DNA from: a virus
Taxonomy: Duplodnaviria > Heunggongvirae > Uroviricota > Caudoviricetes
Reading direction: 5' to 3' (one strand)
DNA length: 64,000 bases
IMG/VR virus record: IMGVR_UViG_3300048599_000194
Location: 239,177-303,176 of that record
Of the stretch, positions 28,430-37,787 are shown piece after piece. The notes under the pieces were generated by a model, which saw only the letters and a list, made by a program, of their open reading frames with translations, was not told the DNA's origin and ran no database searches. A program made the translations under genes and the position numbers. Every line of letters begins with the position of its first letter. Positions within the stretch are counted from its first letter, which is position 1.

Positions 28430-30149
28430 TTTCTACAACTCCTAGTCTATTTTGATTTTCCGTAGTTAGTAAACTTCTATAGTCTAATAAGAATGACTGA
28501 ACTTTTTCGATTTTGTTAGGGTCGCCCTTGGTTTTTCTCATCATCCATGTAATAATATCATCTTGATCTTTAATCAATACTTTCTTAAATAACTGCTCAA
28601 ACAATTTATTCAATTCGATTCCATTTAATGCAACATCATATGCAACGTGAGATAGTACATAAGAAACATCATTGAATAATTCTGGATTTTTCATTGCTGT
28701 CTTTAGAGCATTATAGGTTAAAATATTAATCGCATCGCCTTTATGTTTTCTAACAACTTTCAATATGTCTTCTATAGGGAATGTAGTTTCTGGATGCTTC
28801 GCAAGTCTCTTAACTAGTGAAAAAACTTCCTCTTCATATTCAGTAAGGCTGAAATCTTTTAGTATCGCAAAAACCTTAATGTATTTCTTAGCCAATTCCA
28901 ATTCATTAAGTGATATTGAGGATGAAACTATTGAATTACCTTCAACGCTGAAAGAATATTCTCCTAAATCGAAATTTTCTGGCATTGGCTGATTTGTTAA
29001 TATGCTCGATGCGTTCTTTATCGATTCTATGTCAAGCAACTTAGATGCATGCAATAATAAGTTCTTAGTTCCGAATATTGAATCATATGCATAATAAAAT
29101 CCATACTGAGGAATATTCTTAATTTCACTATACATGTCAATAAAAGTTAATTTAACAGACCCAGATTCACCTAATGCCTTTATTGCATTAGCGGCTGTCT
29201 CAAAATCTATAGATGAAATAGTCGGAATTACAACAGTAAATCCTTGATTGTTTAAGGTTATCTGAAACTCGGCATCAATTTCATTACCCAATTCCAATTT
29301 CAAGTTTGAAACTATTTGATTTTTGTCTTTCTTATTAGTAAATTTAGAATACGATGTAGTTGTATAATTTGAACCTTGCTCTTTTTTTAATAATTCATCG
29401 AAATACGCCAAATATAAAAGTTTAGAAGAAATCTTCTTCAAGTCTCCTCGATTCTCTTCAAAGTAATGACTTACCACATCATAATTCTGACCAGTAATAG
29501 TTTTTAGGGGAGAATCTTCAGTCTTTTTTGATGATAGTGATGCGACTTCATCTAATACGTTTTCAATTAATGTCTGATTCATTACATACGTGGAGTATAA
29601 CTTTTGCTTAAGTTTTCTACTCCTTGCATTTTCCTTGCCATTGTCTAATGTATTAAGATATTCTTCGTATACACTAAACAAGCCATCTAATACTTTTGCC
29701 CTATTATCTTTGAATCTATCATATATTGCTTTAACCTTGTGAAGTACAATCGAACTATCACTTTCAATCAATCGATAAAATTCCAAGAATTTATTTACTG
29801 CTTCGAAATATGTTTTCCCGAGTGATAGCACTGGAGTAAACTCATCAACTATGGAGGATTTATTGGAAAACGGACCTACCAACATAGCGGCGATAGGGTA
29901 TAACACATCCAAAACATCTTCGTATTTTCTATCTAACACTGCCCTGAAAAAAGTGACTACATATGGACGAGTCGCAGATACTATATCTGCGACTTTATCT
30001 ACATTCAACCCTCGAATATATTCTTTGGTAATGTCTGAATTGAACTCAGGATTAAGAGAATTCTCTTTTGAAATTACGGTGAATTGAGATTTAATGTCAA
30101 ATGGAGATTCTTCAAGGGTTGCCGCTTCTGTTAAAACATTTAGTCTCAT
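28419..30149 (-). CDS. hypothetical protein
   Basis: 576-aa ORF. Confidence 0.5.
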   Translation of the reverse strand: MRLNVLTEAATLEESPFDIKSQFTVISKENSLNPEFNSDITKEYIRGLNVDKVADIVSATRPYVVTFFRAVLDRKYEDVLDVLYPIAAMLVGPFSNKSSIVDEFTPVLSLGKTYFEAVNKFLEFYRLIESDSSIVLHKVKAIYDRFKDNRAKVLDGLFSVYEEYLNTLDNGKENARSRKLKQKLYSTYVMNQTLIENVLDEVASLSSKKTEDSPLKTITGQNYDVVSHYFEENRGDLKKISSKLLYLAYFDELLKKEQGSNYTTTSYSKFTNKKDKNQIVSNLKLELGNEIDAEFQITLNNQGFTVVIPTISSIDFETAANAIKALGESGSVKLTFIDMYSEIKNIPQYGFYYAYDSIFGTKNLLLHASKLLDIESIKNASSILTNQPMPENFDLGEYSFSVEGNSIVSSSISLNELELAKKYIKVFAILKDFSLTEYEEEVFSLVKRLAKHPETTFPIEDILKVVRKHKGDAINILTYNALKTAMKNPELFNDVSYVLSHVAYDVALNGIELNKLFEQLFKKVLIKDQDDIITWMMRKTKGDPNKIEKVQSFLLDYRSLLTTENQNRLGVVENVE

Positions 30150-30170
30150 TATGTGGGTATTTAGAAAATA

Positions 30171-30578
30171 TCAGTACCAATATAGCTCAGTTAGCTCTGC
30201 TTTTGTTACATCTGCCTTTGGATCTCGTTCGTGTGTTGGGAAAAAATATATGCATGGATACATATATGATTCATTTTCTCCAGGGAAAACTTTTTCCTCA
30301 TAAAAATGAACGCCCGAATATTCAATGTGATATTTCTCGAATAAAAACTTAATAACGGCTCCGTAGCAATCGCATCCACTAACAACAAAACGGCTTTTCC
30401 ATTTGCTAGTTTCGTGCGAGTCAAATCGACCCCATCTAGAATGATCAATATCCCAAGGCTGAGGATCTGAAACAGAAAATACTACACCTTCGCCTCGACA
30501 AGTAGGGCACAAGTAAGGCTCCCCTTCCAAGTCATATAAGTAAAGTTCTCCATTACCTTTACAATCAGGACACTTCAT
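30171..30578 (-). CDS. hypothetical zinc-ribbon protein
   Basis: CPDCKGNG...CPTCRGEG Cys pairs. Confidence 0.45.
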   Translation of the reverse strand: MKCPDCKGNGELYLYDLEGEPYLCPTCRGEGVVFSVSDPQPWDIDHSRWGRFDSHETSKWKSRFVVSGCDCYGAVIKFLFEKYHIEYSGVHFYEEKVFPGENESYMYPCIYFFPTHERDPKADVTKAELTELYWY

Positions 30579-30961
30579 TGATCACACTCCATGTTAGCAA
30601 GTTCCAAGAGAAAATCTCCATGACATCTACTCGGTGAGCAATAACAGACAAGGTTCTTATCTCTTAATTCTATTTTAGCGCGTTTAATCCTGGAGGGGTC
30701 TTCTAGGAACCATTTAATGTATTTTTCTATCACTTCATCCCTGGTACCATCCTGCCCAATATGAAATGGATTGCCCCAATACGACCCACGCCCAATATAG
30801 ACTGCATCTTTAGGAACTCCATGCACATGTTTATTCAACACTCTAGGTTTAGATTCTCCCTTACCTGAACAACCTCTACAAGTACGATTTTCATATTCTA
30901 ATCCAGCCATGTCAAGATATATTTTTTCAAATCCACTTCCATTACAGATTTTACATTTCAT
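30575..30961 (-). CDS. hypothetical protein with GNPF and CYCSPxxCHGD motifs
   Basis: Start at MKCK; ORF-track N-terminus reads through terminator hairpin and is discarded. Confidence 0.45.
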   Translation of the reverse strand: MKCKICNGSGFEKIYLDMAGLEYENRTCRGCSGKGESKPRVLNKHVHGVPKDAVYIGRGSYWGNPFHIGQDGTRDEVIEKYIKWFLEDPSRIKRAKIELRDKNLVCYCSPSRCHGDFLLELANMECDQ

Positions 30962-30977
30962 CAAAACACTCCATGAA

Positions 30978-31005
30978 CAAAAAAAGGGAGAGGTTACCCT
31001 CTCCC
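30978..31005 (-). terminator. rho-independent-type terminator
   Basis: GGGAGAGG-ttac-CCTCTCCC followed by T7 on minus strand, just after flotillin stop. Confidence 0.65.
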
Positions 31006-31030
31006 TCATTATAACCTGTCTACCAGCGCC

Positions 31031-32968
31031 TTAGGCGACCTTAGCGCCCTTAGCCGCAACCCTGGGGTCTTGGACCTTGGCGGAGTCCTCCAGGATCTCA
31101 GGAACGGTCTTTCCAGTGGCCTGCTGAGATGCCAGCAAACCAAGGAACGACTCCGCCACACTGGTACTTCCATTGCCTCCACCCATGACAATATCAGGCA
31201 CGAGCTTGAGATTACCCTTAGATAGCTTTTCGGCTACCTGAATGGCGGCATAGTTAGACTGACCCATCGCATCAGTCTGCTTTCTGGTGACTTCTGCCTG
31301 TGCCTCACCTTCAAGCGTAATCTTTGCGGCATTCGCCTCAGCAATTAGCTTGATCGAATCGGCTTCATTGGTAGAACGGAGCTTGAGGGCCTGACCTTCG
31401 GAATCAGCCGCGATCTTTCGAGTCTCAGCCTCCGCCTCAGCCCTTGCAATCGAAACCTTCTTATTACCTTCAGCTTCGGCAATCGAAGCGGCGGCTCTCT
31501 GACCTGCAATCTTAACCGCCTGCTCAGACTGAACCACCTCTCGCTGGGAATCGGCAAGTGCAGTCTGACGCTCCTTCTCCTGACGCTTCTCTTCCAGCTT
31601 CATCTGCTGTTCAACCGTAATTGCACCTTCTTCGGCCAACTTACGATCCTGAAGAGTCTTCATCAACTCCGCAGGCGGCTTCATTTCACCAATAAAGGTT
31701 CCGACTCCAACCACATTGTATTCCGCAAGAGCCTTGGAAATATATTCCTGTGCGGCCTGCTGACGCTCCTTACGGGAATTAAAAAACTCCTTAGCGTCAA
31801 TAGACTGAACCGCATTTCGGAAATAGTTTCCGATCATAGGCTCAAGAACCTGAGAAACCAACTGCTTGACATTTCCGAACTGAGCGATGATCTTGGGTGC
31901 CTCGCCGTAAGGAATGTGAATAACCTGCTGAACCTCAAGGGGGAATGTGAATCCGTCCTTGGACTGCACAACAATAGTTCCGAGGTTATTATCTAGGCCG
32001 TGATCCTCATGCTTGTTATTGCTCCAGTTAAGAACAATAGACGAAGTCTGAACATTCTCAACCCGAATAACCGCAGGATTGTAGGGGTAAATACCTGGAT
32101 TCTTGATTACATTCCAGACGCCTCGGCATCCTTCGGCAACCAATTCACCATTCTTGAAAGTATCCCCGGAAACATCTTCTCCGCGAGGTCCAACCGCCGA
32201 AAATACAACTCCAACATGGGCCATTGGAACGGTGATCACATCCTCAATCTTGACAGAGGCAAACCAAGGATTAATAATCCATGCGCCAGATCGAAGAACC
32301 TCTTGCTGAAGACCTCTGCATCCCTTATTGATAATGAATGCCTGAGGATTCTGGAACGATGAGTGTCCATCAACATTAGGAGCGGCAACTTCGCCTTCAG
32401 GTAGTTCAATACCATCAAATGTAGTGACAACGCCAATGTTATTAGCCGGAACTTCAATAATTCGAAGCTGATGCGGCTCAAGTCCAAAATTCTTGCAATT
32501 CTGGGAAGTAATGACAGTGAATAGCGCAGTATTAATGCGATATACACCAGTGGTCAAAACATCAAGTTGCTGACCCTTACATCCATTATTGGTAATGAAT
32601 GTGCGTCCATCCTGGTAGGAATTAGAAAACACACTATCACCAAATCGACGCCCCTTGGGAACCTCTCTACCGTCATTGGCAATCACCAATGCAATTTCAC
32701 CCTTAGGGACTGCGACTAGATTAACCTTATCAACGCTATACTGCCACGGCCAGTAGAAAAAGTGCCATCCCGGAGCGAGAGTATCAACCTGAATACCTGC
32801 CTCACCTTCAAGCGCAACAATTCTACCGTTCTGAAGACTCTTACCGAAGTTCTTCGAAACAATACCCACCTTATCCTCGTTAATGATAACGAGTCCAATC
32901 GCCCATCCAAGGAATGCAATTCCTACAATAGCGACAAGTGCAATGATTCCAATCATGAGAAGACTCAT
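31031..32968 (-). CDS. flotillin/SPFH (band-7) family protein
   Basis: N-terminal TM then SPFH region; C-terminal Ala/Glu-rich coiled-coil repeats typical of flotillin/YqiK; 3' third is GC-rich (~58%). Confidence 0.65.
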   Translation of the reverse strand: MSLLMIGIIALVAIVGIAFLGWAIGLVIINEDKVGIVSKNFGKSLQNGRIVALEGEAGIQVDTLAPGWHFFYWPWQYSVDKVNLVAVPKGEIALVIANDGREVPKGRRFGDSVFSNSYQDGRTFITNNGCKGQQLDVLTTGVYRINTALFTVITSQNCKNFGLEPHQLRIIEVPANNIGVVTTFDGIELPEGEVAAPNVDGHSSFQNPQAFIINKGCRGLQQEVLRSGAWIINPWFASVKIEDVITVPMAHVGVVFSAVGPRGEDVSGDTFKNGELVAEGCRGVWNVIKNPGIYPYNPAVIRVENVQTSSIVLNWSNNKHEDHGLDNNLGTIVVQSKDGFTFPLEVQQVIHIPYGEAPKIIAQFGNVKQLVSQVLEPMIGNYFRNAVQSIDAKEFFNSRKERQQAAQEYISKALAEYNVVGVGTFIGEMKPPAELMKTLQDRKLAEEGAITVEQQMKLEEKRQEKERQTALADSQREVVQSEQAVKIAGQRAAASIAEAEGNKKVSIARAEAEAETRKIAADSEGQALKLRSTNEADSIKLIAEANAAKITLEGEAQAEVTRKQTDAMGQSNYAAIQVAEKLSKGNLKLVPDIVMGGGNGSTSVAESFLGLLASQQATGKTVPEILEDSAKVQDPRVAAKGAKVA

Positions 32969-32987
32969 TTAGATACGACCTTTCTGT

Positions 32988-33179
32988 TTAACCGATGATT
33001 TGCTTGACATAGGTAACTTCCTTGATCGCAGGATGCTCCACGATCAAGTAAATGCCACCTTTAGAACCAACTCGGAACATTCCTTCTCCGAGTGCTTCAT
33101 TACCCGCAATAGTTGCGGCTCCAAAGGTATTAAAGGTTTGAGCCTCTTCTACCTTCACAGTAAATATTACCTTCTTCAT
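32988..33179 (-). CDS. small protein upstream of flotillin gene (possible NfeD-like partner)
   Basis: 63-aa ORF 20 nt upstream; beta-rich; assignment speculative. Confidence 0.35.
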   Translation of the reverse strand: MKKVIFTVKVEEAQTFNTFGAATIAGNEALGEGMFRVGSKGGIYLIVEHPAIKEVTYVKQIIG

Positions 33180-33244
33180 TAACCACCTTTCACATGATGA
33201 CGCTGTCTTTTTGAAACTATGCCAATGTAATGCGTCAAATTACA

Positions 33245-34006
33245 TTAGAATGTGAAACTCTGACCCTTTGTGACAAATCCATTAAATCCATCTGCGATTG
33301 CATCCGGCTTATCTCCCGGCTGATAATGGTAAAGCCACATCTTAGATTTGGTATTCTCAGGGAGATTCTTCAAATCAGAATAATGTGCATGCACTCCGCT
33401 CTTGAATGGTGCAGTTTCACTATCATGGAAAATGACATCTGCCATATCATAAAACTTAGTCAATTGATTTGGAGCAAACTGAGTATCTCCGGTGAAGAAA
33501 ATAGTTGGCGCTCCGACCACCATATCTTGAATCATGTAGCCGTAAGACTCAACGATCTTAAATCCATTCATGACATGAACCGTCTGAACCGGACGGAATT
33601 GAATTCCTTCCCATTCAAAAGTCTCATTAGGGCTGACAAGATTAAGTGGAAAATAATCTTCCAACTTTAGCATCTTACCTTCGACCGATTCAAGGCCACC
33701 TGCAAGGGACTTATTCCAAATATCATGGAGAAGACTACCAACTCCATACAATTCAGGTTTACGACCAGGAACAAAGTATCGAGAGAACGCCAACCACTCA
33801 ACACCACCACAATGATCTGCATGTGCATGAGTAAGAGTAAATGCGTCAATGTCCTTGGCAGACAGACCCAATTCAGCAAGACCGAATCGAGCATCTCCAC
33901 CAATATCGATTAGGAAATTCTTACCATTCTTCTTCACAAGAAGATTGGATTGATAGTATTCCTTGGTAGTAAATGCACTACCACAGCCGACAAATTGAAG
34001 TTCCAT
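33245..34006 (-). CDS. MBL-fold metallo-hydrolase
   Basis: THAHADHCGG (HxHxDH) motif; AAGGAG SD. Confidence 0.65.
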   Translation of the reverse strand: MELQFVGCGSAFTTKEYYQSNLLVKKNGKNFLIDIGGDARFGLAELGLSAKDIDAFTLTHAHADHCGGVEWLAFSRYFVPGRKPELYGVGSLLHDIWNKSLAGGLESVEGKMLKLEDYFPLNLVSPNETFEWEGIQFRPVQTVHVMNGFKIVESYGYMIQDMVVGAPTIFFTGDTQFAPNQLTKFYDMADVIFHDSETAPFKSGVHAHYSDLKNLPENTKSKMWLYHYQPGDKPDAIADGFNGFVTKGQSFTF

Positions 34007-34008
34007 GA

Positions 34009-34174
34009 TTTACTCCTTGGTTATATCCTTAATTTTGGCCGAAAGTCTATCTATTTCTTCGTTTCTACAACGAAGTTGAAAAACATATGACTTAATCTGA
34101 TATTCAACTTCGTTGTAAATGTGAGGTGGGAATTCTTGCTTCCATCTCTCTAGCATTTGCTCGGTTGTTTCCAT
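34009..34174 (-). CDS. small hypothetical protein (55 aa)
   Basis: Read by eye; below ORF-track cutoff. Confidence 0.3.
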
Positions 34175-34177
34175 GTA

Positions 34178-34474
34178 TTAGTCCCTCGAAAACTCAGGAT
34201 GCCTGATCACATCCTTCAGTTTATCTACTTCAGATCCATACCAAAGATGACGAGTGTTCCGAAGATTCACAACTTCAGATTCTTCCGCAGGAAATACTTC
34301 GACTGCAAACACTTCTCCAATCACCAACGTCTTAATTCTCTGAAGAGTTTCCCACGAAATAGGATCCTGAGTAGAGGATTGAATCGCAATTCGATCTGCA
34401 TAAACTCGAACACTATATCCTTCGCAAGATACAATCTTAATCAATCCAACTCGTGATTTTTCATACCAGTTCAT
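34178..34474 (-). CDS. hypothetical protein
   Basis: 98-aa ORF. Confidence 0.45.
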   Translation of the reverse strand: MNWYEKSRVGLIKIVSCEGYSVRVYADRIAIQSSTQDPISWETLQRIKTLVIGEVFAVEVFPAEESEVVNLRNTRHLWYGSEVDKLKDVIRHPEFSRD

Positions 34475-34477
34475 ATT

Positions 34478-34672
34478 TTAGTCCTCGTAGTTCATTCGTT
34501 TTGCAGACCAATCGCTAAATTTATTAAGCGCAAAGAGTCTGACGTTTCGAGTTCCATTGTAATACCAGAATCCGTGATACACGAATCCAGTGCCAGAATA
34601 ATAAATGCTCTTTCCGAAAATTTTACATACCTTTTTCATTTCAGCGCCAGCCATTATTACTCCTGATTCCAA
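34478..34672 (-). CDS. hypothetical protein
   Basis: 64-aa ORF. Confidence 0.4.
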   Translation of the reverse strand: MESGVIMAGAEMKKVCKIFGKSIYYSGTGFVYHGFWYYNGTRNVRLFALNKFSDWSAKRMNYED

Positions 34673-34820
34673 GGGAAGTGATACCCGTGTGCATAGCTAG
34701 TCAATCCAATGTTAATGGACAGCAACGGAATGCGAATATTAAGCATTTTTGGCTGTGGATCATATTCAATCCACAATCCAATGCCTCGCTTAAAATACAT
34801 TGAAAATCGATACTGGCCCA

Positions 34821-35627
34821 TTACGAAACCACTTCAGGAGGCATTGCATATCCGTCCATTTGCGGAACAAACTTAAAGAAATATCCTTTATCTTGTGAGA
34901 GAATCGGACCTTCCTTATCGATCTTCCAGCCACTCTCATCACGAACCACGAATGCTCCACGCTTACAATCGGTCGGATAATCATTCCAATTCTGACCAGC
35001 TTCCACAATCATGTCGTGTAGTTGTGGGATTTTCTTCGACTGTAGCTTTCCGTGACTATATAGAGCGCGAGCAACCATCTGAACCGAGTTCTTAGAAGCA
35101 TCGTTCTGACGCCAAAGAACTGCGTTGTAGGCTTCCCAGCATTCCGAAACAGTGTATGCCCGAGAATCAAAGTGCGCCAACTTCATCTTGGAAATGAAAT
35201 CGTTAATTTCATCTCGACGGTAATCAAGATCAAACTCAAAACTATCATGAATGCACTTCAATAACCACCGTTTGTTGAATTCAGCAGTTGCAATTGCCGC
35301 AGAAACAGAAACCATCTTCTGAAGATTTCCGTCGAACCATTGAGCGGTTCCTCGCTCATCAAAGTCGGTGAGGATCAAAGTGATCTCATCGCTCTGAGTA
35401 TATCCAATCTTGACATTCTGGATATTCTCACAGAGCGCCAAGGTAGTCGCCTGCATGCAATCCATCAAACTTCGATCAAATGGCTTCTCACATCCACGAG
35501 TGAAAGTGTGAAATGACTTTCCGTCGAGTCGAATAATCGTGTAAGTGCGACGAGGAAGATAGTACCGAGTACGATCTTCGTGCATCTTCATCCGATCTCC
35601 GAGAGAATCCTTGCTATTCATAGACAC
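34821..35627 (-). CDS. Thg1-like protein (tRNA-His guanylyltransferase family)
   Basis: RLDGKSFHTF...EKPFD...VKIGYTQSDEITLIL matches Thg1 core RxDGxxFhxF / GQSDE region. Confidence 0.6.
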   Translation of the reverse strand: MSMNSKDSLGDRMKMHEDRTRYYLPRRTYTIIRLDGKSFHTFTRGCEKPFDRSLMDCMQATTLALCENIQNVKIGYTQSDEITLILTDFDERGTAQWFDGNLQKMVSVSAAIATAEFNKRWLLKCIHDSFEFDLDYRRDEINDFISKMKLAHFDSRAYTVSECWEAYNAVLWRQNDASKNSVQMVARALYSHGKLQSKKIPQLHDMIVEAGQNWNDYPTDCKRGAFVVRDESGWKIDKEGPILSQDKGYFFKFVPQMDGYAMPPEVVS

Positions 35628-35644
35628 ACCTCCAGTTTCTTAGT

Positions 35645-35675
35645 AAGATACTATGAGTGGCACCCATCGTCAACA
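35645..35675 (-). promoter_or_regulatory. promoter-like motif
   Basis: AAGATACTAT-N14-GTCAACA upstream of Thg1-like gene. Confidence 0.55.
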
Positions 35676-35690
35676 ACTAAATACAAATTA

Positions 35691-36398
35691 ATGAGCACTT
35701 CAATTAAAATCAGACCAATAATAGAAAGCAATGATAGTAATAAATGTAAATTGCACGTTTTTCATCTACCATGTTCTAACACAATCAAATTAAATATATG
35801 TGATTCTTTAGAATTTTACTCAGATGTAGATCTTCCGTTCGTAATCGATCCTGATTCAGATATTCAAAGCATGATTAATTTCTTCGAAATGTTATGTTCT
35901 AACTATAGGGCAAAACTATCAGAATTAAATGAACTAATAGAAAAATACAATACAGAATCTACAGAATATAGCAATGATCTAATACATAACTTATTCACAC
36001 TATTGAGAATTGTTAAGCAAGGTAGAGCACATTCAATTGAATTCTCTGCAGGTCTTGAAAAAATAATAAAAGAATATAATTCAACGAAATTGAATGAATA
36101 TTTTATTGACGTTACTGAAATTCAATCCGAATTTGAAATTCTAGCTGAAATGGTAACTGATACAGTGGAAATGGTATCTCATTTGAATGAAAATGATACA
36201 AATAACTTAATGAAAAAACTAACAAAATATACTTTAATATTCACCCCATTAAACTTGTTAGCTGGAATGGGTGGAATGTCTGAATGGAGCACATTTGTCG
36301 CATATGCTGGATTAGGTGGATTCTGGGGTTATATATTGTTCGCAATATTATTAATTATTATTGGAATATCAACCTCATATTATTTCAGAACTAAGTGA
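35691..36398 (+). CDS. CorA-like transporter-family protein, truncated, with variant GMS in place of GMN
   Basis: C-terminus LIFTPLNLLAGMGGMSEW + 2 TM + YYFRTK resembles CorA TM1-GMN-TM2; plus strand; start at first Met after minus-gene overlap. Confidence 0.5.
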   Translation: MSTSIKIRPIIESNDSNKCKLHVFHLPCSNTIKLNICDSLEFYSDVDLPFVIDPDSDIQSMINFFEMLCSNYRAKLSELNELIEKYNTESTEYSNDLIHNLFTLLRIVKQGRAHSIEFSAGLEKIIKEYNSTKLNEYFIDVTEIQSEFEILAEMVTDTVEMVSHLNENDTNNLMKKLTKYTLIFTPLNLLAGMGGMSEWSTFVAYAGLGGFWGYILFAILLIIIGISTSYYFRTK

Positions 36399-36770
36399 AC
36401 TCTCCATTGCGATTTTCTCGTCTAGTGTTAATTCAGAACATTCTATTCCATTGAAATTAAACCATTCAGATACCAATTTCCGATGACAGAATTGTCCTGG
36501 TGGTTCATAGCAACAAAGAATAGCACCATCGCCTAACCATTTAGCTAACTTATACAATCCGTCTGGCTCAAGAAATGCCATTTTCATTCCAAAATACATG
36601 GAATATATGTCAGAATCATGAGTCTCCATGTATCGATCATATACTTCCTTTCGGGGGGCTAATTTAAGACAATGCTTTTTATCCCACCCATCGGGAGGCC
36701 ATCCGGATATGGAGACTGCTTTAGGTAAATGGCCCGCAAATCCATACCATGAAGTGTAAAGTTTCACCAT
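36375..36770 (-). CDS. DUF488-like protein
   Basis: KLAPRKEVYDRY and ILCCYEPPGQFCHRKLV resemble DUF488 (YeaO-like) motifs. Confidence 0.45.
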   Translation of the reverse strand: MVKLYTSWYGFAGHLPKAVSISGWPPDGWDKKHCLKLAPRKEVYDRYMETHDSDIYSMYFGMKMAFLEPDGLYKLAKWLGDGAILCCYEPPGQFCHRKLVSEWFNFNGIECSELTLDEKIAMESSLSSEII

Positions 36771-37069
36771 CTCACCTCAATATAAGACAATCCAAAAACC
36801 CATCCACCTGTTTTTCCAGAATCCACAGTAAATCCATCATCTTCAAGTTTTCTTATGATACTAGCCTTAATTTTAGGAGTATCATCGTCCAATCCATATT
36901 GTCTATATTGGTCAATAAAAATACGAAAAGATGTTGAACCTATATGTGCCATTCCTTTCATATCGGCCAATAATCTTTGATATAAATCTTCAAGTGTTAA
37001 TTGATTTGTTTCATCCACACTCAATGATCTACTATTAATTGCCATTTGTCTGAAATCGTTACATAGCAT
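36764..37069 (-). CDS. hypothetical protein
   Basis: 101-aa ORF. Confidence 0.45.
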   Translation of the reverse strand: MLCNDFRQMAINSRSLSVDETNQLTLEDLYQRLLADMKGMAHIGSTSFRIFIDQYRQYGLDDDTPKIKASIIRKLEDDGFTVDSGKTGGWVFGLSYIEVRW

Positions 37070-37296
37070 TATCCAATACCCTCAATGTCGTAGAATTCAC
37101 GAAGCCACTTCTTGGGTAAATTCTGACCCACGATCAAATAGATCAAGGAGATACTAATGTAATACATGCAATACGGTTCAGGTATTAGTGCAAATGACAG
37201 GATGAATATCATAAAACACATTAGATTCCACTTAGGATCGGCAATGATAATCCTAGGGTAGAAAAAATACTTAACTATCCATTTGAATGGATTCAT
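37069..37296 (-). CDS. hypothetical membrane protein
   Basis: 75-aa hydrophobic ORF. Confidence 0.4.
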   Translation of the reverse strand: MNPFKWIVKYFFYPRIIIADPKWNLMCFMIFILSFALIPEPYCMYYISISLIYLIVGQNLPKKWLREFYDIEGIG

Positions 37297-37298
37297 GT

Positions 37299-37736
37299 TC
37301 AGATTCTCACTTTCACTCGATGAAATTCAGTTTCACAATCTTCGAATGTGAAACTAGATCCCCCTCGCTCAAAAGCATTCCATTCCTCTGCAATTTCAGA
37401 TCCATCATTAATGTCGAAATGTAACAATGAGGTTGCTCTTTTTCTAGCCGCTTCGATGGTTAAATACGATTCCCTAGGATACTTATCCATCGCCGAATAA
37501 TCAACCCATACAAATATTTCGGTCAATTTCTCTGCACCAAATAGTCTATCGCATTCTGCTTTTATGGTATCGAGTTTGTTGAGTGGATGGTCATCGTCCC
37601 ACTCTCCAATATCAGCTTCCTTACAGTCTATAACCGAAGGATACCATCCTCTTAGACTAGATAGGCAAACCTTAGCATCTTCCATTCCGTAATTTTCATG
37701 ATCCACTATCAATACACTCGCCAAGTATGCTTTCAT
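37299..37736 (-). CDS. hypothetical protein
   Basis: 145-aa ORF. Confidence 0.45.
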   Translation of the reverse strand: MKAYLASVLIVDHENYGMEDAKVCLSSLRGWYPSVIDCKEADIGEWDDDHPLNKLDTIKAECDRLFGAEKLTEIFVWVDYSAMDKYPRESYLTIEAARKRATSLLHFDINDGSEIAEEWNAFERGGSSFTFEDCETEFHRVKVRI

Positions 37737-37787
37737 TATTCCACTCCCTTTTCTTTCATTTCTTCAAACTCTAACTTTATTTGAATT

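Noticed and set aside
31009-31191. Arg/Pro-rich 60-aa minus ORF and other short ORFs inside the flotillin gene 3' region
   Set aside because: Artefacts of the GC-rich stretch (few stop codons); embedded in or overlapping the 645-aa flotillin frame and the terminator hairpin.
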